DNA of 64,000 bases. Source: Alkalispirochaeta sp. (GTDB taxonomy: Bacteria; Spirochaetota; Spirochaetia; DSM-27196; Alkalispirochaetaceae). This document shows, piece after piece, positions 8,886-18,426 of this stretch (positions are counted from its first letter, which is position 1; each line of letters starts with the position of its first letter). The notes under the pieces were generated by a model. It saw nothing but the letters and a program-made list of their open reading frames with translations, was not told where the DNA came from and did not search any database. The stretch is taken from assembly GCA_965601925.1 (NCBI GenBank), contig OZ271854.1, positions 1,440,001 through 1,504,000 of the forward strand, read 5' to 3'. A program made the translations under genes and the position numbers.

Positions 8886-10436
8886 CTACATCAGTCGATT
8901 GCGGATTTCGGCGCTTACGTAGTCGAGAGTGGCGACGGTGATGGCGATGAACCATACCGCGATACCCGCCGACCGATAATCGAGAAGGCGAATGTACTGC
9001 ACCAGCAAGAACCCGATACCGCCTCCGCCGACGAGGCCGATAACGGTCGACATTCGCACGTTGATATCCCACCGATAGATCGAAAAACTGATAAACGGCG
9101 AGATCATCTGAGGAATGACGCCGAACATGATCGTCTGCAGACGATTGGCGCCGGTAGCTTGGATCGCCTCGATGGGTCCGGCGTCAATTCCTTCGATCGC
9201 CTCGGAATAGAGTTTACCGAGGGCGGCGATGGAGTGCACCGTGAGCGCCACGATACCGGCGAAGGGGCCGAGACCCACCCAGACGACGGCGATCAACGCC
9301 CAGATGAGCGGCTCGATCGAGCGAATGATATTGAGGATCCCGCGCGTGATGTAATAGAACGCCATGGTGAGGCGCGACCCTTGCATGATGTTGCGCGCCG
9401 CGAGGAAGCTCACGGGAATAGAAAAGATAATGCCGAAGAAGGTTGCCATCATTCCCATGAAAATCGTCTCGATCATGCGACTGATCGTGAGTCGCAACGC
9501 CTCAGAAGCTCGCGGCGGCCCCACCTGTGAGACTTGCCGTGCCTCCACGCTATGAATGAAGGGGCCCTCCGCGCTCGGCGGCGTGAGACGATACGGCATC
9601 GTCATTTCGACACGAAACGCTCCCTCCTCGTCGGTATCGATGATGATGTACTCGCCGTCCTCGCGAGGCCGAAAGGCATTTCCGATCGGATCCTCCCACC
9701 AGATTTCGGTTGCAGTGTCGGGGGCGAATCCGGTACCGGTGAGGGTAATACGGGTTCCGAGTACGGGACGAAAGTTCTCGTCCTGGGTCGACATCTGACC
9801 GACGTTGGGCTCAACCAGCAGATACGGCTCTCCGTCGGCGGGCTCCGGACGCACGGGAGCCGTTCCCTCGCCCGCAAGAACCTCCGCGGCGGCGGCCAGC
9901 GACTCCTCTTCGAACTCTACGGCCGCCGGCCACGGCCAGAGGACGCGCGAGAGCGGAGAGACGGCCTGCGGAGCATCTCGAACAAGCTGTACAACGTCGA
10001 TCTCGGAGATCTGCCACCCCAGAGCGAAAAAACCGGCCAACACGAGGGCAAAAACCCCCGTAGTGGGCCTCTTTCGATCTCGGGAGCACAGAAAGGCGTC
10101 CCACACCGACACAAACCACGTGAGTGCAATCGTAACGGCGACGAGCAGCACGAACGCGGGACGGCGTTCTACCGCGCGAGCGATCGTAGGTCCGAAGCCG
10201 TCAACGCGTCGGCCGAGCTCCGCGATACGCCAGGCGAAGATTCCGACGCTGGTGGCCATCGCCGAGAGAATAAGCACTCCGCGTTGGATCTGCCGGCCGG
10301 CAATCTGGCCGAGTCCGGGCACGACAAGCGACAGCACCGCCGCGGCCGGCGGCGCGACCAACGGATTTTGTGCCGTGTTGCGGGCGGCGACACGCGCCTG
10401 CCTGATCTGTTCTCTCTCCTGCGGTGTCTTTGCCAT
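8886..10436 (-). CDS. phnE: Phosphate/phosphite/phosphonate ABC permease PhnE/PtxC with long N-terminal extension
   Basis: C-terminal LGKLYSEAIE..IEAIQATGA, YRWDINVRMSTVIGLVGGGGIG. Confidence 0.9.
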   Translation of the reverse strand: MAKTPQEREQIRQARVAARNTAQNPLVAPPAAAVLSLVVPGLGQIAGRQIQRGVLILSAMATSVGIFAWRIAELGRRVDGFGPTIARAVERRPAFVLLVAVTIALTWFVSVWDAFLCSRDRKRPTTGVFALVLAGFFALGWQISEIDVVQLVRDAPQAVSPLSRVLWPWPAAVEFEEESLAAAAEVLAGEGTAPVRPEPADGEPYLLVEPNVGQMSTQDENFRPVLGTRITLTGTGFAPDTATEIWWEDPIGNAFRPREDGEYIIIDTDEEGAFRVEMTMPYRLTPPSAEGPFIHSVEARQVSQVGPPRASEALRLTISRMIETIFMGMMATFFGIIFSIPVSFLAARNIMQGSRLTMAFYYITRGILNIIRSIEPLIWALIAVVWVGLGPFAGIVALTVHSIAALGKLYSEAIEGIDAGPIEAIQATGANRLQTIMFGVIPQMISPFISFSIYRWDINVRMSTVIGLVGGGGIGFLLVQYIRLLDYRSAGIAVWFIAITVATLDYVSAEIRNRLM

Positions 10437-11251
10437 TACTCGATCCCTCCCCCGGAGACGCCGGTCGCCGAGGTGCCGGACGCGGGACCGGCTCCGACAC
10501 GCTCGGCCTCTTCGCCGTAAATTTCCTTGAACTCGGCGTCGGTCATGCGACGAATATCCTCCCCCGTGCCCCGGTATACGACTCGTCCGTCGCGCAGGCC
10601 GATAACGCGCGTAGCGTATCGTTGTACCAGATCGAGATAGTGAAGACTGCAGATGACGGTGATGCCGTCCTCCTTGTTGAGGCGCTCCAGATATCCGAGA
10701 ATCGTATGGGCGAGCACCGGGTCAAGACTCGCCACGGGCTCGTCGGCGAGGATGATCTTGGGGTTCTGCATGAGCGCTCTGGCGATACCGACGCGCTGTT
10801 GTTGTCCCCCGGAGAGTTCACTGGCGCGCTTGTACGCCTGCTCGGTCAATCCGACGCGTTCAAGGGCCTTAAACGCGGCGTCGCGATCCTCCTTACCGAA
10901 GCGGTAGAACAAGCTGTTCCACGTCTCGAGGTAACCCAACCGTCCGGAGAGCACATTGTGCAGGACGCTGAGCCGCTTCACCAAATTGAAGTGTTGGAAG
11001 ATCATTCCGATGCGACGCCGCACGGTGCGCAGTTGCGTGTGGTCGGCATTGGTAATATCTAGGTCGTCCCACACGATCGAACCGGCGGTCGGCTCGATGA
11101 GACGGTTGGTACAACGCAATAGCGTCGATTTACCCGACCCGGAAAGACCGATCACGACGAGAAACTCGCCGGGCTCCACCGAGAAGCTTACGTCTTTGAG
11201 CGCTTGCGTCCCATCGTCATAGGTCTTGGAAAGATTCTTGAACTCCAGCAA
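10436..11251 (-). CDS. phnC: Phosphonate ABC ATP-binding protein
   Basis: GLSGSGKST, LSGGQQQRV, ILADEPVASLDP; TTG start after GGAGG. Confidence 0.92.
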   Translation of the reverse strand: MLEFKNLSKTYDDGTQALKDVSFSVEPGEFLVVIGLSGSGKSTLLRCTNRLIEPTAGSIVWDDLDITNADHTQLRTVRRRIGMIFQHFNLVKRLSVLHNVLSGRLGYLETWNSLFYRFGKEDRDAAFKALERVGLTEQAYKRASELSGGQQQRVGIARALMQNPKIILADEPVASLDPVLAHTILGYLERLNKEDGITVICSLHYLDLVQRYATRVIGLRDGRVVYRGTGEDIRRMTDAEFKEIYGEEAERVGAGPASGTSATGVSGGGIE

Positions 11252-11380
11252 ATCGCTTCCTCCTCGACGAACGGGCCCCGTTGCAATGGTGAGGAGGGAA
11301 AACGGAACGATCGTGCCGCAGCCGGTCAATCGAAGGTCCCTCGTTGCGCGGTCGAGGATGCCGCTCGCCTGTGCAGATAC

Positions 11381-11414
11381 AAAAAGGCTACCCCGTCATG
11401 ACCGACGGGGTAGC
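11381..11414 (-). terminator. Stem-loop/terminator after phnD
   Basis: GCTACCCCGTC-6 nt-GACGGGGTAGC then CTTTTT on the minus strand. Confidence 0.75.
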
Positions 11415-11433
11415 GCATGCAACAGACTCGTCC

Positions 11434-12339
11434 TTAGTTGCTCATCAGAGCCGCGGCATCGACGCCGGCAGCCTGAATGACTTGGCGGAACGGATCGTAG
11501 AAGTCGTCGCCGTGACGCTCCAAGCCCTGCCAGGAGTACGCCATCTCGAGCGCTTCGGCGCCCTCTTCGGTCGCGGCGATCTCCAAAAGCGCCTCGACGA
11601 TCGGCTCGCGGATCTCTTCGGGTATGCTCGGGTGAAACTGCACCCCGTCGTTGGGGATCGGCGCGCTTACCTGAATCACGACGACCCGCTCGTTGACGTC
11701 GGAAAAATCGTCCTCAACGGCGCCGCGCGCATCGACCCACGTCGCACCGGCGTCCACATCGCCGTTATACACCGCCGTAACGACGCTCGTGTGTCCCCCG
11801 GCGTCGACGACTTGACTGAGATCGGTGTCGGGATTGATACCGACGGAGCGCATCGTCAGGCTGGGAATGATCCACCCGGAGGTGCTCAGCGGGTCGGGGC
11901 GGGCGAAGCTTCTACCGGCGAGATCTTGAATCGTCTCGATGCCGGAGTCGGCATTGGCGATGATCTGCGCATCGTAGAAGGGGCGCCCGAAGCGAACCGA
12001 AACGAGAGCCGCCTCGGCGACGCCTCTGTCGGCGGCAACGACGTACGAGAAGGTCGCGAGACTTGCGATGTGCGCGCTCGGCGGATCACTCTGCAGCGCC
12101 TCGATAACACCGGCGTACTCGGTGGCGACGCTCGCCTCTACCACGAGTCCGGTGCGCTCGAAAATCATATCCGCGACGGCCTGTCCACCGGCGGCGATCT
12201 CCTGGGTGTCGCCGGACGGCACAAAGGCCCACACGATCGGATTCTCTTCGGTTCCAAGCGCCGGTTCCGAGGAACCTCCGGCGAATGCCATGGATGTCAG
12301 CGTGAGAGTCAACACGATCAGTCCAACTGCTTTTTTCAC
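11434..12339 (-). CDS. phnD: Phosphate/phosphite/phosphonate ABC substrate-binding protein
   Basis: YAGVIEAL, DPLSTSGWIIP, GGHTSVV.AV..GDVDAG, IPNDG. Confidence 0.9.
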   Translation of the reverse strand: MKKAVGLIVLTLTLTSMAFAGGSSEPALGTEENPIVWAFVPSGDTQEIAAGGQAVADMIFERTGLVVEASVATEYAGVIEALQSDPPSAHIASLATFSYVVAADRGVAEAALVSVRFGRPFYDAQIIANADSGIETIQDLAGRSFARPDPLSTSGWIIPSLTMRSVGINPDTDLSQVVDAGGHTSVVTAVYNGDVDAGATWVDARGAVEDDFSDVNERVVVIQVSAPIPNDGVQFHPSIPEEIREPIVEALLEIAATEEGAEALEMAYSWQGLERHGDDFYDPFRQVIQAAGVDAAALMSN

Positions 12340-12414
12340 TATAGTCCTCCTTGGATAGGTAATACTAAATTTTCCGTGTTAATTCACCGTTAAAGCGGTT
12401 CTTTTCATCGTGAG

Positions 12415-12478
12415 TAGGCATATTGGTTGCTATTTGGTATGTTACCAACCGTACGGTAGTTACCAAACAGACGGTAAC
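12415..12478 (+). promoter_or_regulatory. Promoter with two tandem TetR-type operators
   Basis: TAGGCA-17-TATGTT; GTTACC-N8-GGTAGT (12441-12460) and GTTACC-N8-GGTAAC (12459-12478). Confidence 0.6.
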
Positions 12479-12497
12479 ACCCTATAGGGAGGCCACT

Positions 12498-13907
12498 ATC
12501 AGCGCCATTCGCACCCCCCTTAACCGCGATCGCATCGTGAGCGGCGCCTTTCGAGCGTGGGGTAAAACTATGTTTTCTCAAACATCTCTCAATCTCGTCG
12601 CCCGAGAGCTATCGGTCACGAAGACGGCCATTTACCGCTACTTCCGCGGCAAATCGGAGCTTCTCCTTGCGATGGAGAAGGCGTACGCCGAGCGAGTGCT
12701 CCGGGACGTCGTTGCACCGTTGCGTGCACTGAAGGATGAATGGTACGTCGAGACGATGAGCGCCGGTGAGCACATCCGCATCGACCTGCATGACCGTATC
12801 GCCGCGGCGGCGAAACGATATCTCGAATCGATGTTCGACCTGTTCAACACGCGGCCCGCCTACTATCTTTTTTTTGCGCATACCTTGCTCGGCCGGCCCC
12901 TCAGGGAGCGGCCGACGATGCGCGCCCTGGAGCGGGAGCGCGACGCGATCCTCGCCGAGCTGTTGAGCTGCGGTTCGAACACATCCGACGATGCGACACT
13001 CACCGTTGCGTGGTACCTCACGCACTTTGTGACGTTTTGGGCGACGCAGCACTTTCGTCGCCGCTTCATGGAACGTCCGGTCGAGACCGTCGACGTGGAC
13101 ATCGACGGATGGACCACTACTGAAACGGGCGCTGGCGGTTGGCGCGTCGACGCATCTGAACGCCGACGCATACTCGATGGTGCCGTGGCTCGTTTTACCG
13201 ACGGATTCGTACCCGGCACCCTCCACCACCTCGATCTCGCTGCGGTAGAACGCGTCGCGTGGATCAATAGGGAAGAGGTGCGCAAACCGGAGCGTATCTT
13301 CTCCGCGATCGGAGAGACGGTCATGGAGCTGGGATACGGCGCGGCGACGGTAGAGCGCATCGCCGGCCGGAGCGGCCTCAGTAAGTCCGGTCTATATCAC
13401 TACTTCAAAAACAGAGATGAAATGCTCTCCGAGGCGCTCCTGCGGACGCAGCGCCATTTTGCGGCCCTCGCACGGGTACGCCTCAACCAACTCGGCGGCC
13501 ACAACGAACGTCTGTACGGCACATTTGTCATGGTGGCGAGTTATCTTTTTCACGACGCGACCGGCGTGGTCGTCGCCAACTGGCTGCAGGAACGCGACGT
13601 CGACGTGCAGATCCCTCCGAGTCACCTCCACGAGTTGGAACGAATGTACTCATTCATCACCGACGAGCTGGTGGAGAGTCGTCTCGCCGACTCTACGGAC
13701 GACGCCGTCGCCGTCCTTACGTATATCAATTTTCTCATAAAACAGTTGCTATCGGAACGCCGACTTCCGCGGGAAAACAGAGACAAGCTGATCGCGGCCG
13801 TCCGGTCGCTGTTTGAGTTGTTTGCCGGCGGCGCGCACAAAGCGATAACGCACCCGACACTGTTCGCCGCCGCGGCGAATCCGATACCGGAAACGAGGAA
13901 CCAATGA
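12498..13907 (+). CDS. Tandem double-TetR/AcrR transcriptional regulator (probable ATC start; alternative TTG at 12423)
   Basis: Two HTHs: VARELSVTKTAIYRYFRGK and IAGRSGLSKSGLYHYFKNRD. Confidence 0.85.
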   Translation: MSAIRTPLNRDRIVSGAFRAWGKTMFSQTSLNLVARELSVTKTAIYRYFRGKSELLLAMEKAYAERVLRDVVAPLRALKDEWYVETMSAGEHIRIDLHDRIAAAAKRYLESMFDLFNTRPAYYLFFAHTLLGRPLRERPTMRALERERDAILAELLSCGSNTSDDATLTVAWYLTHFVTFWATQHFRRRFMERPVETVDVDIDGWTTTETGAGGWRVDASERRRILDGAVARFTDGFVPGTLHHLDLAAVERVAWINREEVRKPERIFSAIGETVMELGYGAATVERIAGRSGLSKSGLYHYFKNRDEMLSEALLRTQRHFAALARVRLNQLGGHNERLYGTFVMVASYLFHDATGVVVANWLQERDVDVQIPPSHLHELERMYSFITDELVESRLADSTDDAVAVLTYINFLIKQLLSERRLPRENRDKLIAAVRSLFELFAGGAHKAITHPTLFAAAANPIPETRNQ

Positions 13908-14899
13908 TGAAATACCAAAGCGGCGCATCGCGAACCGTACGTCGGCATACATACGCGGCCATCGCAGCGCTTGCGGTACCGACGCTCTTTCTTCTCGCCG
14001 CATGCGGCGTCGAACGCCCTTCTCCCGGCACAACGAGTGAATCGACGCGCGAACCCGAGGGTGCAGCCTCTCAGGAGCCGGTCTTCGCGATAAACGTGAC
14101 GCCGGCGGTGCTCGGTGAAATCAACGACTACATCGAGATTAACGGGGATGTCAGAACCGCGGCGAGCGTGGACGTGTTTTCGTTCGTCGCCGGGGAAATC
14201 GCGCGGCTCCACGTACGGGTCGGACAGCGTGTTCAAACCGGAGACGTCATCGCCGAGGTCGACCCGTCCAGACCGGGACAGAACTTCTCCTTGAGTCCCG
14301 TGCGCGCTACGATCGGGGGTACGATTACCGCCCTTCCGGTAAGTGTCGGCTCGCAAGTCTCTCAGACCTCACCTATCGCGCAGATATCGCTCACCGATGA
14401 GTTGGAAATCGTCGTTCGCGTCGCCGAACGGTTCATCTCCCGGATCCGGGAGCGCCTTCCGGCGGTAATCCATCTCGATGCATTTCCCGAGGAGCAGTTT
14501 TCCGCAACGATCAGCGAGATGAGCCCCGTCGTAGATCCGTTCACCCGAACGCTCGAAATCACGCTCCGATTCGACCGCGACGATCCGCGGATTCGCGCCG
14601 GCATGTTCGCCGAGGTGCGTATCGTTACCGAGCGCAAGGAGAACATCGTCAAAGTTCCGGCGGACGTCATGATACGCCGATTCGGCGACACCTTCGTCTT
14701 CGTCGTGCGCGAAGACGATACGGTGGAGCGTCGCGTCGTCGTCCCCGGTATCGAGATCGACAACAAGTTGGAGATCGCCGCCGGGCTCGATGCAGACGAG
14801 TTGGTGGTCTATCAAGGACAGAATCTCTTGGAAGACGGTTCGCGCGTCCGCGTCATTGCCACCGTCGAGCCGCTCACGGCGGAAGACACACTTCGGTAG
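13904..14899 (+). CDS. RND efflux periplasmic adaptor (MFP) lipoprotein
   Basis: LAAC lipobox, lipoyl-like GQRVQTGDVIA, SPVVDP.TRT, IRAGMFA. Confidence 0.92.
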   Translation: MMKYQSGASRTVRRHTYAAIAALAVPTLFLLAACGVERPSPGTTSESTREPEGAASQEPVFAINVTPAVLGEINDYIEINGDVRTAASVDVFSFVAGEIARLHVRVGQRVQTGDVIAEVDPSRPGQNFSLSPVRATIGGTITALPVSVGSQVSQTSPIAQISLTDELEIVVRVAERFISRIRERLPAVIHLDAFPEEQFSATISEMSPVVDPFTRTLEITLRFDRDDPRIRAGMFAEVRIVTERKENIVKVPADVMIRRFGDTFVFVVREDDTVERRVVVPGIEIDNKLEIAAGLDADELVVYQGQNLLEDGSRVRVIATVEPLTAEDTLR

Positions 14900-14908
14900 G
14901 GAGGAGCT

Positions 14909-17900
14909 ATGAGTCTCAGTAAGGCGGTCGTCGGTCGACCGACGACGGTATTCACCATATGCATCCTCATCGTCGGATTCGGCCTCTACTCGACGAGCGA
15001 TCTCGCGATCGATCTCTTCCCGGAGATCAACCCGCCGGTACTGGTCCTGTTTACCACCTACGACGGGGCCGGTCCGGAAGAGATAGAGAAGACGGTTACG
15101 CGCCCACTGGAGGGGCAACTCTCCAACGTGAGCAACATCGAGCGCATCACGAGCACCTCGAGTGAGGAGTCCAGTCAGATACAGCTGGAGTTTACCTACG
15201 GAACCGATATGACCGAGGCGACCAACGAGGTCCGTGATCGTTTGGAACTGGTAAAAGATTTCCTCCCCGATGAAGCTACGACACCTCAGATCTTTAAGTT
15301 CGATCCCGCCCTGATTCCGATACTGCAACTCGAAGTGTCAGGCAATCGCACCCCCGAGGAGCTCAGGCAGATCGCGGAAAATACGATTCAGCCGCGCATA
15401 GAGCAAATAGAGGGTGTCGCTATCGCCGGTGTCCGCGGCGGTCGAGAGCGCGTGGTGCGCGTCGAAATACCGCAAAACCGTCTGGAGGCGTACGATCTTA
15501 ACTTCACCCAAATCGCCGACACCTTGCGGGGAAACAACGTGCAGATATCGGCAGGCAACATCGCCGAAGGCAATATCAACTACCTCATTCGAACCGCCGG
15601 TGAGTTCGACTCGATCGAAGATATCCGCAACTCCGTTATCGTCTACCGTTCGCCGCCGGGAGTCGGCGCCGATGAAACGGCACCGACCGGCGTGCGGTTG
15701 CGCGATATCGCCGACGTGTACGACGGGTTCCGCGATGAGACGAGTGCGGTGTATATCAACGGAAGACCGGGCGTCTTCATTACGGTGCAAAAGCAAAGTG
15801 GAACCAACTCGGTGCAGGTGGCGGACAATGTATTAGAACGCCTGGACCGAATCAACGCGGCCCTTCCCACCGGTATCGAGCTTGCAGCGGTAGAGGATAC
15901 GACGACGCTCATTCGCGACAGCTTGGCCGATGTATCGAGCTCCGCGATAACCGGCGGATTCTTGGCGGTTCTGATTCTGTTCATCTTTCTGCGCAGTCTG
16001 AAAACGACGTTGGTAATCGCCGTCTCGATACCGGTATCGATCATCGTTACCCTGATGCTGATGTACTTCGCCGGGCTCACGCTCAATCTCATGACCCTTA
16101 CCGGTCTGGCGTTGGGAATCGGTATGCTGGTGGACAACAGCATCGTCATACTGGAGAACATCTATCGCTATCGCGAAAAGGGCGCGAAACTCACCGCCAG
16201 CGCCGTACTCGGAAGCCAGGAGATGATTACCGCGATCACCGCCTCCACCCTCACGACGGTGTTCGTCTTCTTGCCCCTGGCCCTCTTTCGATCGCAGTTG
16301 GAAGTTATCGGCGAGCTCTTCGCGGACCTCGCCTTCACCGTCGTGATCTCTCTTCTTAGCTCCTTGGCGGTGGCGATCTTCTTGATACCGGTGCTGACCA
16401 GCCGCTACCTCCCGATCGCCTCGCGCAAGCAGCGTCCTCTCAAGGGATTGCCAAAACGGATAGACGACCGTATGGCGCACTTTTTCTCCCGTTTGGACGA
16501 GGGTTACAAGCGGAGCCTTGCGTTCGCGTTGCGGCGCACATGGATCGTGCCGATCCTCGTCACCGCCGCGCTCGTCGGAAGCCTCTTCATGATTCCGATG
16601 ACGGGGTTCGAGTTTACGCCGCAACAAGAGGAGGACTCGGTCACCCTCAGCGTCGAAATGCCGATCGGGTCGCGATTGGAGATCACCAGATCGGTGCTGC
16701 AACAGCTCGAACACGTCGTCCGAGAGGAGGTCACGCGGTTCGAGAGCATCATTATCGAGGCGGGAGAACCGGCGTTCTTCGGCGTGCTGGGCGCAGCGGA
16801 CACCAGTCGCGGAAGCCTCACGGTGATCCTCCCGACCTTCGAGGAGCGCGAGGTGAGCGCGATCGAGGTACAAGAGGTGCTCAGAAGTCGCTTCGACACC
16901 TTCCCGGGAGCGGTCTTCTCGTTCGGGGACGGTGGCGGTGGCGGGGGGTTTAACGCCTCGCCGGTGGAGATCACGTTGCGCAGCGAGGATCGTGCGCGGA
17001 TGCGCGAGACCGCCGGCCGCATCATCGAACTTATCGAAGAGCGCGTCCCCGGGGCGACGGAACCGCAGATGAATCTATCGGAGGGCCTACCGGAAGTCGA
17101 GATCTTCGTCGACCGACAAAAGGCGTACGAGCTGGGCCTCAACATCGCGATGGTCGGACAAGAGGTGCGAGCCAACGTCGACGGAATCAGCGCGGGACAG
17201 TTTCGCGACGGGGGCAACGAGTACGACATCGTGCTCCTCTTGGAGGAGCGCGGACGGGACCAAATTCCCGACCTTCAGCGAATCTTCGTCAACAATCGAT
17301 TCGGTCGGCAAATTCCGCTTTCGAGCTTTGCCTCTCTGGAACGCACGACCGGACCGGTCAGTATCGCGCGTCAGGACCAAAGCCGGACGGTCACGATCAC
17401 CGCGGGCCTCGCACCCGGCGAGACCATTAACGTCGTGATGCCGCTCATTCAGCAGCTCATACGTGAAGAGATTCCCGTTGACGATGAGCTCATCATTACC
17501 TACGGCGGCGATTTTGAGGATCTTCAGCGGTACGGACGCACCTTCATGTACGTGATTCTCATCGCCGTCTTTCTCGTGTTCGGTGTGATGGCGAGCCAGT
17601 TCGAGAGCTTTCTCGATCCGTTCATTATCCTCTTTACGATTCCGTTGACCCTTATCGGGGTAATCCTTTTATATGTCGCGACGGGTACCAACTTCAGCCT
17701 CTTCACGGCCGTCGGTCTCGTCGTCTTGGTCGGTATCGTCGTGAACAACGGAATCGTCCTGGTTGACTACACCAACTTGTTGCGAAAGCGCGGACGGTCG
17801 ATACACGACGCTTGCGTCGAGGCCGGCGGTAATCGGCTGCGCCCGATTTTAATGACGAGCCTCACTACGGTGTTGGGCCTCGTTCCCGTCGCCTTCTCCC

Positions 17901-18100
17901 GAGGCGAAGGCTCCAGTTTGGTGCAGCCGATCGCACAGACGGTAGTCGGCGGCTTGAGCGTCGCGACGTTCTTGACGTTATACCTGGTACCGGTAATCTA
18001 TGCGATCTTTAACGGAAGCAGAGCACGGCGATTGGAACGACGAGCCGCCCGGAGGCGTACCGGGAACGATGCGGCACCATACGAGGAGGTCGGCGCATGA
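14909..18100 (+). CDS. RND efflux permease (AcrB/AcrD/AcrF family)
   Basis: 1063 aa; GMLVDNSIVILENI, GIVVNNGIVLVD, RLRPILMTSLTT. Confidence 0.95.
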   Translation: MSLSKAVVGRPTTVFTICILIVGFGLYSTSDLAIDLFPEINPPVLVLFTTYDGAGPEEIEKTVTRPLEGQLSNVSNIERITSTSSEESSQIQLEFTYGTDMTEATNEVRDRLELVKDFLPDEATTPQIFKFDPALIPILQLEVSGNRTPEELRQIAENTIQPRIEQIEGVAIAGVRGGRERVVRVEIPQNRLEAYDLNFTQIADTLRGNNVQISAGNIAEGNINYLIRTAGEFDSIEDIRNSVIVYRSPPGVGADETAPTGVRLRDIADVYDGFRDETSAVYINGRPGVFITVQKQSGTNSVQVADNVLERLDRINAALPTGIELAAVEDTTTLIRDSLADVSSSAITGGFLAVLILFIFLRSLKTTLVIAVSIPVSIIVTLMLMYFAGLTLNLMTLTGLALGIGMLVDNSIVILENIYRYREKGAKLTASAVLGSQEMITAITASTLTTVFVFLPLALFRSQLEVIGELFADLAFTVVISLLSSLAVAIFLIPVLTSRYLPIASRKQRPLKGLPKRIDDRMAHFFSRLDEGYKRSLAFALRRTWIVPILVTAALVGSLFMIPMTGFEFTPQQEEDSVTLSVEMPIGSRLEITRSVLQQLEHVVREEVTRFESIIIEAGEPAFFGVLGAADTSRGSLTVILPTFEEREVSAIEVQEVLRSRFDTFPGAVFSFGDGGGGGGFNASPVEITLRSEDRARMRETAGRIIELIEERVPGATEPQMNLSEGLPEVEIFVDRQKAYELGLNIAMVGQEVRANVDGISAGQFRDGGNEYDIVLLLEERGRDQIPDLQRIFVNNRFGRQIPLSSFASLERTTGPVSIARQDQSRTVTITAGLAPGETINVVMPLIQQLIREEIPVDDELIITYGGDFEDLQRYGRTFMYVILIAVFLVFGVMASQFESFLDPFIILFTIPLTLIGVILLYVATGTNFSLFTAVGLVVLVGIVVNNGIVLVDYTNLLRKRGRSIHDACVEAGGNRLRPILMTSLTTVLGLVPVAFSRGEGSSLVQPIAQTVVGGLSVATFLTLYLVPVIYAIFNGSRARRLERRAARRRTGNDAAPYEEVGA

Positions 18101-18426
18101 TCCCCCACGGTGGACAGAGCGATTCGGGGCCGGATGAAATCGTGCGGGTGGAGGTAATCGCCAACCGCTCGATCCAAGAGGACTTCTTTGAGGCGTTGTC
18201 ACGACGAGAGGCGGGCCTGCACTACACCCTCGTCCCGGAGGTGCAGGGCGTGGGCAACACCGGCCCCAGGCGGGGAGACCACATCTGGCCGGAGGAGAAC
18301 TTTCTGTACATCGCCTATGTACCGCCGAGCGACGCGCTCGTCATCCGCGAGGAGGTCGAGACGTTGCGCAGCCGTTTTCCCGATGAAGGGATTCGCTTTT
18401 TCGCGACCCGAGGCGTCTTGATATGA
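18097..18426 (+). CDS. PG0541-family transporter-associated (P-II-like) protein
   Basis: RVEVIAN.S, YT.VP.VQGVG..GPRRGDHIWPEEN; overlaps the RND stop. Confidence 0.8.
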   Translation: MIPHGGQSDSGPDEIVRVEVIANRSIQEDFFEALSRREAGLHYTLVPEVQGVGNTGPRRGDHIWPEENFLYIAYVPPSDALVIREEVETLRSRFPDEGIRFFATRGVLI

